Source: Epithemia pelagica (Eukaryota; Protista; Bacillariophyta). Taken from it: a DNA stretch of 64,000 nt. Position 1 is the stretch's first letter, and every line of letters starts with the position of its first letter. This document shows positions 47,483-59,112 of this stretch, piece by piece. The position numbers and the translations under genes are program-made. Location: contig OX337238.1 in NCBI GenBank assembly GCA_946965045.2, positions 558,001 through 622,000 on the forward strand. The letters run 5' to 3'. Below the pieces are notes generated by a model that saw only the letters and a program-made list of their open reading frames with translations, was not told the DNA's origin and searched no databases.

Positions 47483-48482
47483 ATGTCGTCTTCCTCCCAC
47501 AAACGGCACCGCCTCACTCAGAAGGAAGTAAGTGAGCTATTTGACGCTCGCAGTGTTTCCGAAAGGTCGACGGCGTCTGTTAACAACCAAGATGAAAGCA
47601 TCGCCAAAAACCAAACCACCACCCCATCCACCAGCAACAACAATCCTTCGTTTCTGCCTCGTTTCGCTTCGTTTCCCACGGTCGATCCGCAAGCCTATGA
47701 AACCCCTATGGCGCAGAAGGATCCATTGGCCCATCCAAGTCGAACCTCCGAGGAATCCGAACCATCAACCTTTCTGAGCCTTGAAGCAGCTAGTTCCATG
47801 TCCACCATTCCATCGGATGCCTCATCTACTCGCTTCATGCGACGTCCTTCCCCCGACACCTTCTTCCAAGCCTTTCCCATTGCGGCTCTTACTGCTGGTG
47901 TTGCTCCCAATGAATTGCCGAACGATGAATAGCAAACAAAGCTGTTTGTATTTCCCGCAGACGGCGCTTCATGATTTGGTTCGAGACCACGGATCTCAAT
48001 CTGCCATGGAATTCTTTCTCCGAGCCATGACACTCAAGGATGATCATACTAGTGCCATCACGTCCTCATCGTCCTGGACCAAAACACAGATACGACAGCA
48101 TTTGTGAGATTATGGATTGTCACGTTATACTGTTTTGCGTCCCATTCGCGCCTTGTCGGCCGGTCAACATGTTCGACTGTGGTTGGCCCACAAATCGGCC
48201 GTGTCCGCCAACAATTGGCAAAACAACAAAGCCGCATGGGGATTGTCGTTGTTAGTCTTGGACGAAATTTCGGAAAATATGGACGTCGAAACGCGAGATA
48301 GTTTGATTCAACTCATTAATAAGCCTCAGTCGGAAGGTGGCACACGCCATGACCCTGAATGTGGCTGGGGAGGTGCTGTAATTGCCGTGTCTCATGATCC
48401 TGGCTTTTGTCGCGAATATCAGCCAACTCTGATATGGAGTCTTGACAGACAGGGTTTACGAGTTGAATATCCCAATGTGTAA
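47483..48482 (+). pseudogene. Truncated ABC-F-type ATPase C-terminal half with in-frame stop
   Basis: Q-loop LYFPQTALHDL; QIRQHL*DYGL (TGA at 48105-48107); signature ALSAGQ; Walker B LLVLDE; D-loop NMD; H-loop VSHD. No Walker A upstream, where a Ser/Pro-rich ORF (47483-47932) lies in another frame. Confidence 0.7.
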
Positions 48483-48603
48483 GAATTAAAATACCATCAT
48501 GATTTTATCTATGTAGTTGACGCTTTCTGCAGTTGACGACAAAAGCTCTGAACAGTTTCATGCAGCTCCTCATGACGACGTGGAATTCTTCGTATCGTTA
48601 GTT

Positions 48604-49194
48604 TTAATTGGGGTTTGAGAGTTTCAAAAGGTCAGTCTCGGACAGCATGACTTCCCGAGTACGGAAACGATCCTTGGTATACCGCGTGTCCCAAGCATTG
48701 TCTGTTTCGGGGAACCAATGATACAAATGGCACTCTGACGTACTAGAGTCAGGACAGCAGTGACAACAGGAGCAGTATGGAAGGAGCATGTGGCTTTCCT
48801 CGGCATTGTTCGTACAAGGACGAACCACAAAGCGATTCATTCGAGGAAATTTTTGATTGTTGCAAAATGGCTCTAGCTGAACATTGTCGGCCCATTCATT
48901 GCCACCGTGGAGAATAAGTGTCTCTAATTGGGTTGCATTCTGCAATGACAGCAACTTTCCTTTGAATGCGTTGTGGTAGAGTACAACAGTCTTAAGCTGC
49001 GGTGTACTTGGACGAAGATTAAATGGCAGTGGGCCCGCAATCGAGTGAAGGCCGCCCATGGGACTAATTGGTAGTTGAAAGAGGAGTGGCCGGAGGGTTT
49101 CGGTTGTGTCGAAAAAGGGATGCTTGAGGTATTTCGACAGGGTCATCTGGTTTGGCGTTTTTACTTTGTTGAAGGCTTGAATGAAGAGTGCCAT
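48604..49194 (-). CDS. Short leucine-rich-repeat protein or fragment
   Basis: IAGPLPFNL..STPQLKTVVLYHNAFKGKLLSLQNATQLETLILH resembles plant-type LRR units. Only ~2 repeats are visible. Confidence 0.45.
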   Translation of the reverse strand: MALFIQAFNKVKTPNQMTLSKYLKHPFFDTTETLRPLLFQLPISPMGGLHSIAGPLPFNLRPSTPQLKTVVLYHNAFKGKLLSLQNATQLETLILHGGNEWADNVQLEPFCNNQKFPRMNRFVVRPCTNNAEESHMLLPYCSCCHCCPDSSTSECHLYHWFPETDNAWDTRYTKDRFRTREVMLSETDLLKLSNPN

Positions 49195-49420
49195 GGTCGA
49201 GAGAAGGGTGGTTCTGGCAAGATTCCGCCCTCATGGAAGCATCGTGGGTAGTATCATTGTCGTTGGTGTGGCTGGGGTTGGAGGTGCGGGTAGCCATGAT
49301 GGATGTTATCGTCGTCACTAGTTTGCCTCCGTGGTGGCTCTGTGGAGGTGAAATGCAGTTTGTATCAGAGTCGAGAAATTGGCGATTTGGGGCCCTCGAG
49401 CCGTGGGGGTGACTAAGGGA

Positions 49421-50399
49421 ATGCACTTAAAAAGTGCGACTGACCAAGTCGCCCCATGCTTGGGGGTACCATGCATCCGAGGCGACTGGGGTTCTCCCCC
49501 ACGACTTCTGTCGCCTCTCAAAACAATAAACGAGCGGACGGGTGAGTGTTGATCGTCGCAAACAAACTGGGGACGGCAAGTTACCATACGCGAATACAAT
49601 CGATATTCCAGCGAATCAATTAGATTTCAAGAGGGATCTTGTTTTTCTTGTTCTTGTTTTCAGGTGTGAGAGTTGACATGGTGGCAGCGCGAACAGAAAT
49701 CTTTCATGAGATTCGGGTGGGCATTGATGTGGTCTCGGGTGTGCATGGGGAAACGAATCGACAAATGAACGCTCATTTCCTGGGTCTTGTTCATCGTTTT
49801 ACTCCGGCATGGTCTCTCTCCAAGACGACTGCTCTTCGAAACTTGATGATTGAAGAGATTTGCAAAATCATCGAGTCGAACAGTGGCCGGTTCATTCATT
49901 TCAAATCGGGTCTGGAGCTCACAAACAAGGCCAGCCGGCAAAAGGTTCGAAGGGCACTCAACGATGCCAAAGATCGTCTCAATGGAAAAGTAACCAAGAT
50001 GACTCCAGCGCTAGCACCAGAGAGTCGTCGCCCAACGAAAAACATGAAACACGAAAACAAAACCAAGACAGATACGCAAGCAACAAACACCACAGTTCAT
50101 CAATCGGTCATTGTTGTAAGTACTGATGATACCATCTCCAGACTCCCTCAATCTTGTCATATCATACATGAACCCAAATCTCATCCTGACTAACACATTG
50201 ATCCATTCTGCGTACACAACAGCTAGAACCACCGTCTCGGGAAACGTCGGACCGCACCTTGATCTTGACCAGTGAGGATTGGCCAAAGTGGGCAAACATT
50301 GCCCCATTCTCTTTTCTTCCGTCTCCTGAAATTTCGGATCACTCCTTATTCTTGACCAATGAAGACTTGAAGATTTTGAAAAGCTGCCAAGCCGTTTGA
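49421..50399 (+). CDS. DUF6824-domain protein (diatom-expanded putative DNA-binding family), divergent
   Basis: Proposed exons 49421-49541, 49664-50115 and 50223-50399 (249 aa; GTGAGT and GTAAGT donors, gactaac branch point). DVVSG..G....N..F..LV...I..I...GRF....E....RQKVRRALND fits DUF6824. Exon 1 is less certain. Confidence 0.65.
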
Positions 50400-50969
50400 C
50401 ACAAGGCAAACGACGACCACTATTGTTTTCCATCCATTCCATCTCTACTCTAAATCTGAGTATATGTCAGATCTTCTCAATCTCACGTGAACCTTGTACT
50501 ACCCATTACCTCAATAAACTATGCTTATCCTTCCTTCGTATTAGAGTCGTTGCACCATTCCAAAGAGTTCAACTGTGGTTTTTGTTGAACTAGGTAGGCA
50601 AGCAGTTGCAACAAATGCTCCCCATTCAATCTCGTTTAACGTATCGGCACATATTCTCAATAACGTCAGCTCTTCGAAATGGCTCCTCAACCTCAAGTGT
50701 AGCTGGATGATGTTACATGTCTCTGAATAATGATTGTTCTCAAAAACTCCATCCATTTTGTGTCCTATTGATACGCAAAAAAATATAAACAGTGATAAGG
50801 CAGTGTGCTCTAGCGTATCCCAATTGATGTGTGGGTGCGTGTACGTCTATCAGTAGAGTATACACACCGCAGTTTCCTACTGTGCGTCTTCCCCATGCTT
50901 TGCTTGTCTTCTAACGTCTTAGATATCAACGGTGTAACAAAAAAGCCATTGGGCAAGATGTTCTCTTCT

Positions 50970-52376
50970 TTACCCCTTTCGAGCCCACCATCCTGATGTA
51001 TCCCATCCTTTTTTCTTGTGATAGGTACTCAAATGCTCATAGGCTGCCTTTGCATCCGCTTCCGTGTACTTTCCTCCATTCTTTTCCGCTCGCATGACGC
51101 GCCGCTGCTGCTCCGATAGCAAGGCTTGGGATTCGCCATGAGAATTCTTGCGTTGTCGTTTCGTCGACTTTTTCGTATCATCCTCGTCTTCCTCGTCATC
51201 GTTCGAATCAAATTCACCTTGCTCCCTTTTCAAAGATTCGGCAGCCTCCAACAACGCGTTGTATCTACTTTCGGGCAGATTGTAAGCAGCCTCTAATCGC
51301 CCTTCACCTACCACAAGAAGGGACCGCACCGAGACAATGACGGATTCAATGTCGTTGACTGGATTCCATCCATCTTTCGTCAGCAACTCCATACAAATAG
51401 CTCCATTCATTACAAACCCTGTTTGCCTCTTGAACCGTGGTTGAACAACTCGAACAAACGGAGGTTCAAAGGGATATTGCTCCGGAAAGGACATTTCCAA
51501 TTCAATCGAATCAATACCCAAGACAAGCATATCCTTTGCCAAATGAGAATCATCATCAAATTGAAATAATTTGATGGTCCACTTGTCCATGGAATCTTCG
51601 GAAGATGGCTTCAACGAAAAGCCCGTCTCTTCCGTATCCTTATTCATTATGCGATACAAGTCTTGCGCCAGTCTCCGCTTGCTTCCTGATGTTTCTTTTT
51701 CTGCCCGTAAGCTCATATTGACAGCTTCACGGGTAGGTTCCTTCCATTGCGGTTTCTTTGCAGGCTCCGCAGTCGCGGCCGCTGGTGGATGGGCTGGAAC
51801 GACTTCCAGGTCTTGGTCTTCACTTTCTTTTGCTCCACTCCACGAAGGTGGTTGTTGCTGAGGATCCACATCTTCTTCGATTTTAGCCGGTTTGCTACTG
51901 GTATTTGTTGTATTGGTAAAGGAAGACAGTGCGGTTGGATTGTCCACCTGCAAAAAGCCCCCAAATGCGGCATCATCTTCATCTTCGTACTCATATTCAT
52001 ATTCATCATCGTCGTCTTCCTCTTCTTCCACGTCATCATCCTCTTCGTCGTCTTCACATACATGTCGCTCATCCTCCTCATCTTCGTCGTCTTGAACGGC
52101 CGCAGCAGCCGAAGCCGCAGCAGGCATGGAGGAAGCGGCGTGAGTTGGTTCCATGAAAAATACAGGCTCCACCGCAGGAATACGAGTGGGACCAGCTGTA
52201 TCATCGGCACTGATTAATGCATGCCTCTGATGGTGTGGTCCTTCATCGTTGGATGATGTGGTTGTGGCCTCCTCGAAACGTAGTCTTGTTTCAGAATTGC
52301 TACTGCTGCTGTGGCCATTGTCGTTGTTGTGAGTGTCCGCAGAGGAGGAAACAGTGCGCACCACATCCATGTCCAT
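50970..52376 (-). CDS. UBE2Q: Ubiquitin-conjugating enzyme E2 Q-like with acidic N-terminal extension
   Basis: KRRLAQDL...IELEMSFPEQYPFEPPFVRVVQPR...GAICMELLTKDGWNPVNDIESVI; catalytic Cys present; ATG at 52376. Confidence 0.88.
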   Translation of the reverse strand: MDMDVVRTVSSSADTHNNDNGHSSSSNSETRLRFEEATTTSSNDEGPHHQRHALISADDTAGPTRIPAVEPVFFMEPTHAASSMPAAASAAAAVQDDEDEEDERHVCEDDEEDDDVEEEEDDDDEYEYEYEDEDDAAFGGFLQVDNPTALSSFTNTTNTSSKPAKIEEDVDPQQQPPSWSGAKESEDQDLEVVPAHPPAAATAEPAKKPQWKEPTREAVNMSLRAEKETSGSKRRLAQDLYRIMNKDTEETGFSLKPSSEDSMDKWTIKLFQFDDDSHLAKDMLVLGIDSIELEMSFPEQYPFEPPFVRVVQPRFKRQTGFVMNGAICMELLTKDGWNPVNDIESVIVSVRSLLVVGEGRLEAAYNLPESRYNALLEAAESLKREQGEFDSNDDEEDEDDTKKSTKRQRKNSHGESQALLSEQQRRVMRAEKNGGKYTEADAKAAYEHLSTYHKKKGWDTSGWWARKG

Positions 52377-53431
52377 CTTGACTCTATTTTTACACAATCA
52401 ATATGAATTATAACACTGTCGATGGAGACACGAACGTAAGAAATAGAAACAGGAAAGCGCAGCCGTCCAAGGAGAAACACCCAGATTTTACACCACGATG
52501 CTTCTCTTCGATGATGTTGTTATGGGGTTGGTCGTTGACCAGACGTCGCTTTGCTCGCGCCCACAGTGAATATCCGTGGTTCTGTGGTGTGTGGTGTGTC
52601 TCCCAGCACACAACAACACACGCAATCACCCAAGCGCAGAACAAAAAGACCATGATGAAAAAGAAAGCACCTCTTGTAAGGTAGAACCGCGGGGGCGTGC
52701 CACTCTCGTTTTCGAATGGTGTTTATGACGGACTCTAAAACAGAGAGTACAATACCGCATCGAAGGTGTCACGTGTGTTCTTCGTTACGTGACACATACA
52801 CGCTCAAGAAAATCCAATCAGACACTCCCTTCTGAACACGCGCCGAGCAAATAGAGACAGCAGTTAAACAGGAGATATTTTTGCGGATGAGGAGTATGAA
52901 ACGAAAAAGTTACATAGACGATGAGGACATTCTAATCCCAAGAGCTCACGGGACTGGGGCACGCGCGCCCGATCAAAATCCTCTTGGCCCAATGCGGATC
53001 ATACCCCCGTTGACATTTTTAGTTGCTCCTCCGCGTTCTCGTTTTCTCGGCACTTCTGGGCAGATTGTTCCGATTGCCATTTCGGGTGGTTCGGGGTAGC
53101 TGAAGCTACTCATGGCATCACTGTGACTCTTGATCCATCGACAATGGTCTTGCACTAGGGGAACGACCACAATGAATTTCCAACAGCACTGGGATTGCTT
53201 AAAGCATTCTGAATTCTGAAGTTCCAAGTCTCCCATTGGCGTTAGAGTGACGAGGCTAGAGAGCTACTTGTACTGGAGCTACCTAGAGGTAGTCAAATCC
53301 TAACATCATGGAGGAGTAGATAATAGGGCTCTCCCTCTAGATTTTGTAGCGCTTTGGGCTGTGTGAAACTACGACTAAAGGGCAGCATTGAACTTATCCA
53401 AGCGCTCAGGCGTTCAAGGCATAACGGGGGC

Positions 53432-53512
53432 GAATACACGTCGATCTGGGAGGCACCCATTTTCTGGTTGCAGAATACACGTCATTCTGGGGGGCACCCA
53501 TTTTCTGGTAGC
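53432..53512. repeat. Imperfect 41-bp tandem duplication upstream of hypothetical gene
   Basis: gaatacacgtcgatctgggaggcacccattttctggttgca followed by gaatacacgtcattctggggggcacccattttctggtagca. Confidence 0.8.
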
Positions 53513-53685
53513 AAGATAACTGTCGCGCGTTGACCGGTAACGGATGCAGCGGAACGCATCATCATCATCAAAGAGAACCAACCCAGAGAAACAATAGATG
53601 TGGACGGAGAGGGGGAGAGAGAGAGGAAGGCGGATTCATACATTGCTTCCTCTTTCTCTATCATTGCAGTCACGGTGGGCGTAGA

Positions 53686-54594
53686 ATGTCAAGGATGCAT
53701 CTCCAATCTCAGCCAGACGAAGAGGACGACGAGGATAGCGACGTTCAAAAGAAGCTAATGGCTCTCCCATCCGTGCCATTGGAACCAGACAACCAGACAC
53801 TAAATGAAAAATTGAACGATGCATCGGAATCATTGGAACCTTTACAACAATCCAATCCGTCCCCCTTGTCGACAGTGGTTTCGGATAAAAAGCGCTGCAC
53901 TGAAAGTCGTCATGAATCTCAATTGTCAGAGGACGGCGATTTCGAAGTCTCCAACTCTACTAGTTCGTCTTCGCAATTGGCTCTTGCAAAACGCAGACGA
54001 GGAGACGATGGTTGTATTGAGAACGGAGAAAGAGGTGGTATACTTGATTTGATTGCTCCCAATAGCGACGGCGGAGAGACAAAGCACACGAGCAGCACAG
54101 AAACCGACTTGCAATCCAAACCTCTGGACAAACACAGTAATGGCTTCCGAAATGGACTCGTTCATGCACAAAGTGCTGAGCCATCACATCCGAATGAATC
54201 CTACGAAAGCTTACTGAAAGAAGAAATCAAAACTCATTTGGATGCAGCATGGGCAACGTATCGGAAATTTGCGGAACTAGTAACATTGGATGATGGGGAG
54301 AGTGACTTTGACACAGACGACGACGACGACTCTGAAAATGACACCAAACTTAAAAGCATTGGTCCAACCAATGGATCTGGAAAAATCATTGCGATGGCCA
54401 ATGGCAATGCTGAAAAGGCAACGGCGACAAGTAGCTTGTCTGCACCAGCGAAACCTCGTCCCCAGCCCGTCGAGGATGAAACGCATCCGCAACCCGCTGA
54501 AGAACCAATCATTGCTGTAGAACCACCACCACCACCAATAGAGCAACCGACAGGTCAATCTACAACAGAAACAAAGCAAAATGATGATGGATGA
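53686..54594 (+). CDS. Hypothetical acidic low-complexity protein
   Basis: Long open frame (53530-54594), ATG at 53686, poly-D and poly-P tracts. No domain recognised. An upstream exon is possible (acceptor-like site at 53669). Confidence 0.5.
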   Translation: MSRMHLQSQPDEEDDEDSDVQKKLMALPSVPLEPDNQTLNEKLNDASESLEPLQQSNPSPLSTVVSDKKRCTESRHESQLSEDGDFEVSNSTSSSSQLALAKRRRGDDGCIENGERGGILDLIAPNSDGGETKHTSSTETDLQSKPLDKHSNGFRNGLVHAQSAEPSHPNESYESLLKEEIKTHLDAAWATYRKFAELVTLDDGESDFDTDDDDDSENDTKLKSIGPTNGSGKIIAMANGNAEKATATSSLSAPAKPRPQPVEDETHPQPAEEPIIAVEPPPPPIEQPTGQSTTETKQNDDG

Positions 54595-55113
54595 AGCACA
54601 GTGAAATAGCCGTCGTGCACGGCGCTCACCCATTTCAAAAACAGGCAGTTGGGTCCATCCCCGACTCCAAAGTACTGAGGGAGAGGACTTCAGTGCTGGA
54701 CATGTCTATGTGGTGCGATGGCGATATTTTCGTTGTCTCTGCTCTAAAGATAGTTTGCAAGTGGATGGGACGTTGTTTCGGCTAATGTATGCTACGACCT
54801 TTCCTCTGCACGAAGCACAGAACGATGCAGTTCGAAAAGCACAAAACGTTATACGGGGAAGTAACATACACTCTGTCGAAGTAGATGCATCAGATGAAAG
54901 CTAATCTTCCTAAATTGCCTGATTCTGATTGGCATCCATTGTCGGAATGACAAAGAGAACTAGTGTCAATCACTTCTAAGAAACTTTTTTCTTTATCCAA
55001 TAGTCACAGTCGTCGCTAGGAATTCGGACGGCAGAATCACACTGCTCCACCACATGTAAGAAAGAGTATACAAGGAAGAACAAATCGCGCATGGTTCATA
55101 GGTAATCAGGCTC

Positions 55114-56971
55114 TCATGAGAACATGACCAATGTTTTAATTGCTTTCGCCAGTCTTCGTCGGTTGTCCTCGTCAGGATCTTCAATGAATCCTTGATCAAT
55201 ACAATACGGCACTTGTCCCAAATCCAAAGCATCGGGATGGAGAATCGCCCCAATACAACCACCCACAAAAATACAAAAGGGAGCTTGCACACTCCACACA
55301 ATGGCCAAGGTGAAGGCAACACTAAACACCATCGCATCGGCGGCATCAACAATCGCGGATTCCCACAAGATGACACAGGCGGCACCGACTAAACCAATGG
55401 CGGTAGCATTGACACCCGTCAGAATGACCTTGAAGGTTTTGTTGTGGCGCAAACGGGCCCAAAAGGGCACCATTGCAAAAATCAAGATAACACCAGGACC
55501 GAACAAACCACAGTACGCAACCAAGGCTCCGCCAACACCCTTGTAGACAGCTCCAAGATACGCCGAAAAGTTGAACAAAGGACCGGGCATTGACTGAGCA
55601 AGACCAAGTCCCTGTAGGAACTGGTCCTTAGTCATCCAGGCCGGAACGACTTCATCTTGAAGCATGGGCAATACAACCTGTCCTCCACCAAAGATGATCG
55701 AACCAATACGGTACATGATCTCAAAGATCTCCAGATAAACGTTCGTAACCTCGGCGACGTCGACCAAGATAATCACAAGGACCAACACACCAGCCCATAC
55801 AAGAAAGATCAGTGCTCCAACCCACAACGGAATTCCAATTTCTGAAATTCAGTGATCGAATCAGATAAACAAGGACCGAGATGCAATAAGTCCACATAGA
55901 ACGAAAACTTTCTCGATCTTGACAAACAAAAGTTGTAACTTACGTTTAAACGTCGTGTCATCTTCAGCATCCCAACCTTTGGATGGACTTTTGTAATTCG
56001 TAAAAGGATTTTCTCTTTTTGAATCACAAAAAGTGATGAACCCTCCCAATACCAAAAGCGTCGGAAACACCCACTGCGACGACGATGGACTAATGTTCTC
56101 ATCATTGTTGATCAAAATGGCCGTCAAACAAGAGGACAATGCCAGACAAATTTGCAAGCTGTCAAGTTTGATAGCAAAGCCGTAAAATGCCTTGAACACC
56201 AAAGAAATGGCAGCGGGTGGCAATCCAGCCAAGTACCAGGGTGGATTGTCCGGGTCAACGAATTCGTCGATCAAAATACCAGCACAGGTCAAGACAATAA
56301 GTCCAGGTAAATTCCACAGAAAGAAAGCGAGTAATCCTCCCAATGGTCCAGCTCGACTGGTGGCAGTGGAAATGACTAACTGCGTAGACGTTGGACCGGG
56401 CAAGCCTTGGCCAATCGCAAAGAGTTCAGTAAATTGTTCTTCATCGAGCCAGTCTCGTTGGTCGACCAAATGATCTTTCAAGATGGCAATATGAGCTTGA
56501 GGACCTCCAAATGCAACCTGAAGTCAAAAGGGCGAAAGGAGGATCAAGTGAGATAATGATGTGAAACAAACCAAAAACTCCTCGCACCTAAGTCGTGTGT
56601 GACAAGGCGTCATATCATGCAGAAAATCCGACGTTTTACCGACGTACAAAACCAAGAGGCCAAAATGTGGTAAACACTTCCCACATGCGCTCGCTCCATG
56701 GAGCATCGGCAGAAACTTTCATCTGGATCTTTTTCTTTTTGTCGTTTGCTTGATCATCCTCTCCTGCATCGTCCACGTTCGGTTCGACGGCTTCATCTTC
56801 CGGCAATCCCTCTTCGTTGGCCTCTGGCTTCACTGGCGCCGTTCCTTCGTCGTTGCCATGAGCACCATTACCATTCTCTTCAGCTAGAGGCTCCGATTCC
56901 TCAAGCGGCTCTTCTTGTTTGGTCTCTTCTTCCGGCATTGTCGTCCGTCCTTTCAGATGCTGTTCTGCCAT
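55114..56971 (-). CDS. chrA: Long-chain chromate ion transporter (CHR family)
   Basis: Exons 56971(or 56938)-56648, 56517-55944 and 55841-55114 (~541 aa). Two homologous halves: AFGGP...QGLPGP and IFGGGQVVLP...QSMPGPLFN. Confidence 0.9.
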
Positions 56972-57535
56972 CAGATATGCGGAACTTGGCAAATCATCGA
57001 GTTCGCTTCTCCTTTGTCAGTGTCACACCCTCACACTTCCCTCCTCAATGATGGTACACTATAATGAGACTTGAACTGTAGAAGACCCGGATGGGACAAC
57101 GCATAACGAAGATTCGCGGTAGGAATCTCACTAAATGATGCAATAGGCAATAGAAAAACGTACCCTTCCCAATCAAGAAGCGGACAGGGAAAGACATCAG
57201 GACATCTTCGCACCATACTCCAATGACATGTCCAATGTCTGAACACCTGTCTTCGAAGTACCGGATTGGTCTATTTGAATTTTGAATTTCAAAGGGCTGA
57301 ATCAGTCGCTGAAAAGTATGTGATCGCAGATAAGCGATGTTTTGGAGACTGCTGAACGCAGGGCGGCCATGTCGGGCCAAGATAAAGCGCTGACAAGCAC
57401 ATTTTTGCGAATATAGAGCATCGCTTCTTTGTTGGTGGGAGTAATTCGTTAATCGTCAAATCCATTCTTCACTTTCTTTGCCAACCACCATCAATTGGAA
57501 GACAAGACGGAAGAACAAAGAACTGTGGATTGACG

Positions 57536-59011
57536 ATGGTCCTCCAAACAAACCTGGCGAACGCCAGTTTCAACTCAACAGACGCCAGTGAAATAGATCG
57601 TGATCCATATGAAGCGCAAAGCGAAGTGTTTGCTAGATTACGACGAATTGAAAAGCAACATGCAAGTGACAAAGCTGCATGGAAACTCAAAATGGAGAGT
57701 GCACTTGCTAACGCACGGCAAGTATCTGGAGAGAAAGACAAGATCATGCATCAATATGAGAAGCTAAAAGAACAACATGACAAAACACTCAAAGCTCATC
57801 TACAGGAGAAAAAGCGATTGGAAACTAATAGCCAAGAATCAGAAAGAGAATTTAAAAAGTCAATGGCACAGGCGCAGAGGGAGCTCAAGCTTAAAATATC
57901 TGAATTGACCGCTGAGATTACGAACTTACAGGCCAGTGCGAGGGAACAAAATATCTTTCATCAGGGCGAAATCGCTGATCTAACTACAGGTTTCAGGGCA
58001 GAGAAGGAAGAGATGAAGCAGAAGATCTCTACACAGCATATCCAAATTGAACTGCTGAAAGATGGCAATCAAAAAGCCCTTGAACTTTGTGAGCAACTGT
58101 CGATCGAACAGAAAAGGTATTCCACCGAACAGCACAAGTCACAAACGACTCATCAGTCGAACTCCCTCGAAATAGCCTTCCTACGGGATGAAATTGAATC
58201 CTTGAGGGCAAAGGAAAAAGAATATATCACAACAAGTCAAGCAGATATTGAGTCATTGAAAGAAAAACTCGATGCATCGACCAAACGAGAAGAGGCTGTT
58301 GTTTTGTCCCTAGTCGAACTTCAAAATAAACTCCGTGACCATGCCAAGTTGATTGAAAGCCAAGACGAAGAACTCGATGCGTGGGCATCAACGGCGCAAA
58401 AGTTAGAAGAATGCCTCACTGGCGTTGTAGAGCTCGAGTCCAGGTCAACTGAGTCACTTCCCGAGCACGTCGCGTGTATGGTGGTATCATTGAAGAGGTA
58501 TATTGGTGATTCGTCCAATATGTCTTCGTCTTGTGTGCAACTACGAGATGAAGTAGCCGCATGGAAATGCCAATTCGAAGAGCTCGAGAAAACCCATGCG
58601 GAGCTGAAGAAAGTAAGTGGCAAAGATAAAAAGCTAATTCAACGTCTGGAAGCCAAGACAAAAGAACAGGAGTCTTCCCTGCAGACGAAAGAACAAGAGG
58701 TGGTGGAATGGGAAGCGAACTATTCAAAAATCGAGCAATGCGTCGAAGATCTCATGAAGTTAGAAAATGAAACGTCCCAAGGTTTCCAGGACCGCATCAA
58801 TTCCTTGACAATCGAAAACACGAAGCTTAAAACAACAGTGGAGACTTTGGACAGGAAATGCAGGGACCTGCTATCCGAAAACGCTGGACTTCGCGTTGTC
58901 GACGATCTCGGGCTGGAGGCGGCATTTAGCGCTCATCTTCCACCAAAACGAGCAAATACTCCTACAACGGAGGATGACGATTCGTTGGCAACTTCGCCAA
59001 ACAACAAGTAA
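57536..59011 (+). CDS. Coiled-coil protein (~490 aa), related to the neighbouring 1627-aa protein
   Basis: Continuous heptads. N-terminal motif ARLRRIEKQHASDKAAWKLKMESALANAR is shared with the convergent neighbour. Confidence 0.8.
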   Translation: MVLQTNLANASFNSTDASEIDRDPYEAQSEVFARLRRIEKQHASDKAAWKLKMESALANARQVSGEKDKIMHQYEKLKEQHDKTLKAHLQEKKRLETNSQESEREFKKSMAQAQRELKLKISELTAEITNLQASAREQNIFHQGEIADLTTGFRAEKEEMKQKISTQHIQIELLKDGNQKALELCEQLSIEQKRYSTEQHKSQTTHQSNSLEIAFLRDEIESLRAKEKEYITTSQADIESLKEKLDASTKREEAVVLSLVELQNKLRDHAKLIESQDEELDAWASTAQKLEECLTGVVELESRSTESLPEHVACMVVSLKRYIGDSSNMSSSCVQLRDEVAAWKCQFEELEKTHAELKKVSGKDKKLIQRLEAKTKEQESSLQTKEQEVVEWEANYSKIEQCVEDLMKLENETSQGFQDRINSLTIENTKLKTTVETLDRKCRDLLSENAGLRVVDDLGLEAAFSAHLPPKRANTPTTEDDDSLATSPNNK

Positions 59012-59112
59012 ATATTGATGCACACCAATTCCTAGCATTGAAAAATAGTTCGAGTTTACATGTATTCTTACATTTTGCATATACAACAACTCCCCCGTTA
59101 AGTTTTCCATAA

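Noticed and set aside
48105-48107. Selenocysteine recoding of the TGA in the ABC-F fragment
   Set aside because: The position is not a catalytic Cys site, no SECIS is evident, and the domain also lacks Walker A.
35718-52376. Proteostasis cluster (two J-proteins, nucleoredoxin, UBE2Q)
   Set aside because: These are common gene classes in a gene-dense genome, so proximity is plausibly chance.
53255-53300. Second copy of the hAT element (ctggagctac motifs)
   Set aside because: No TIR pair or TSD found.
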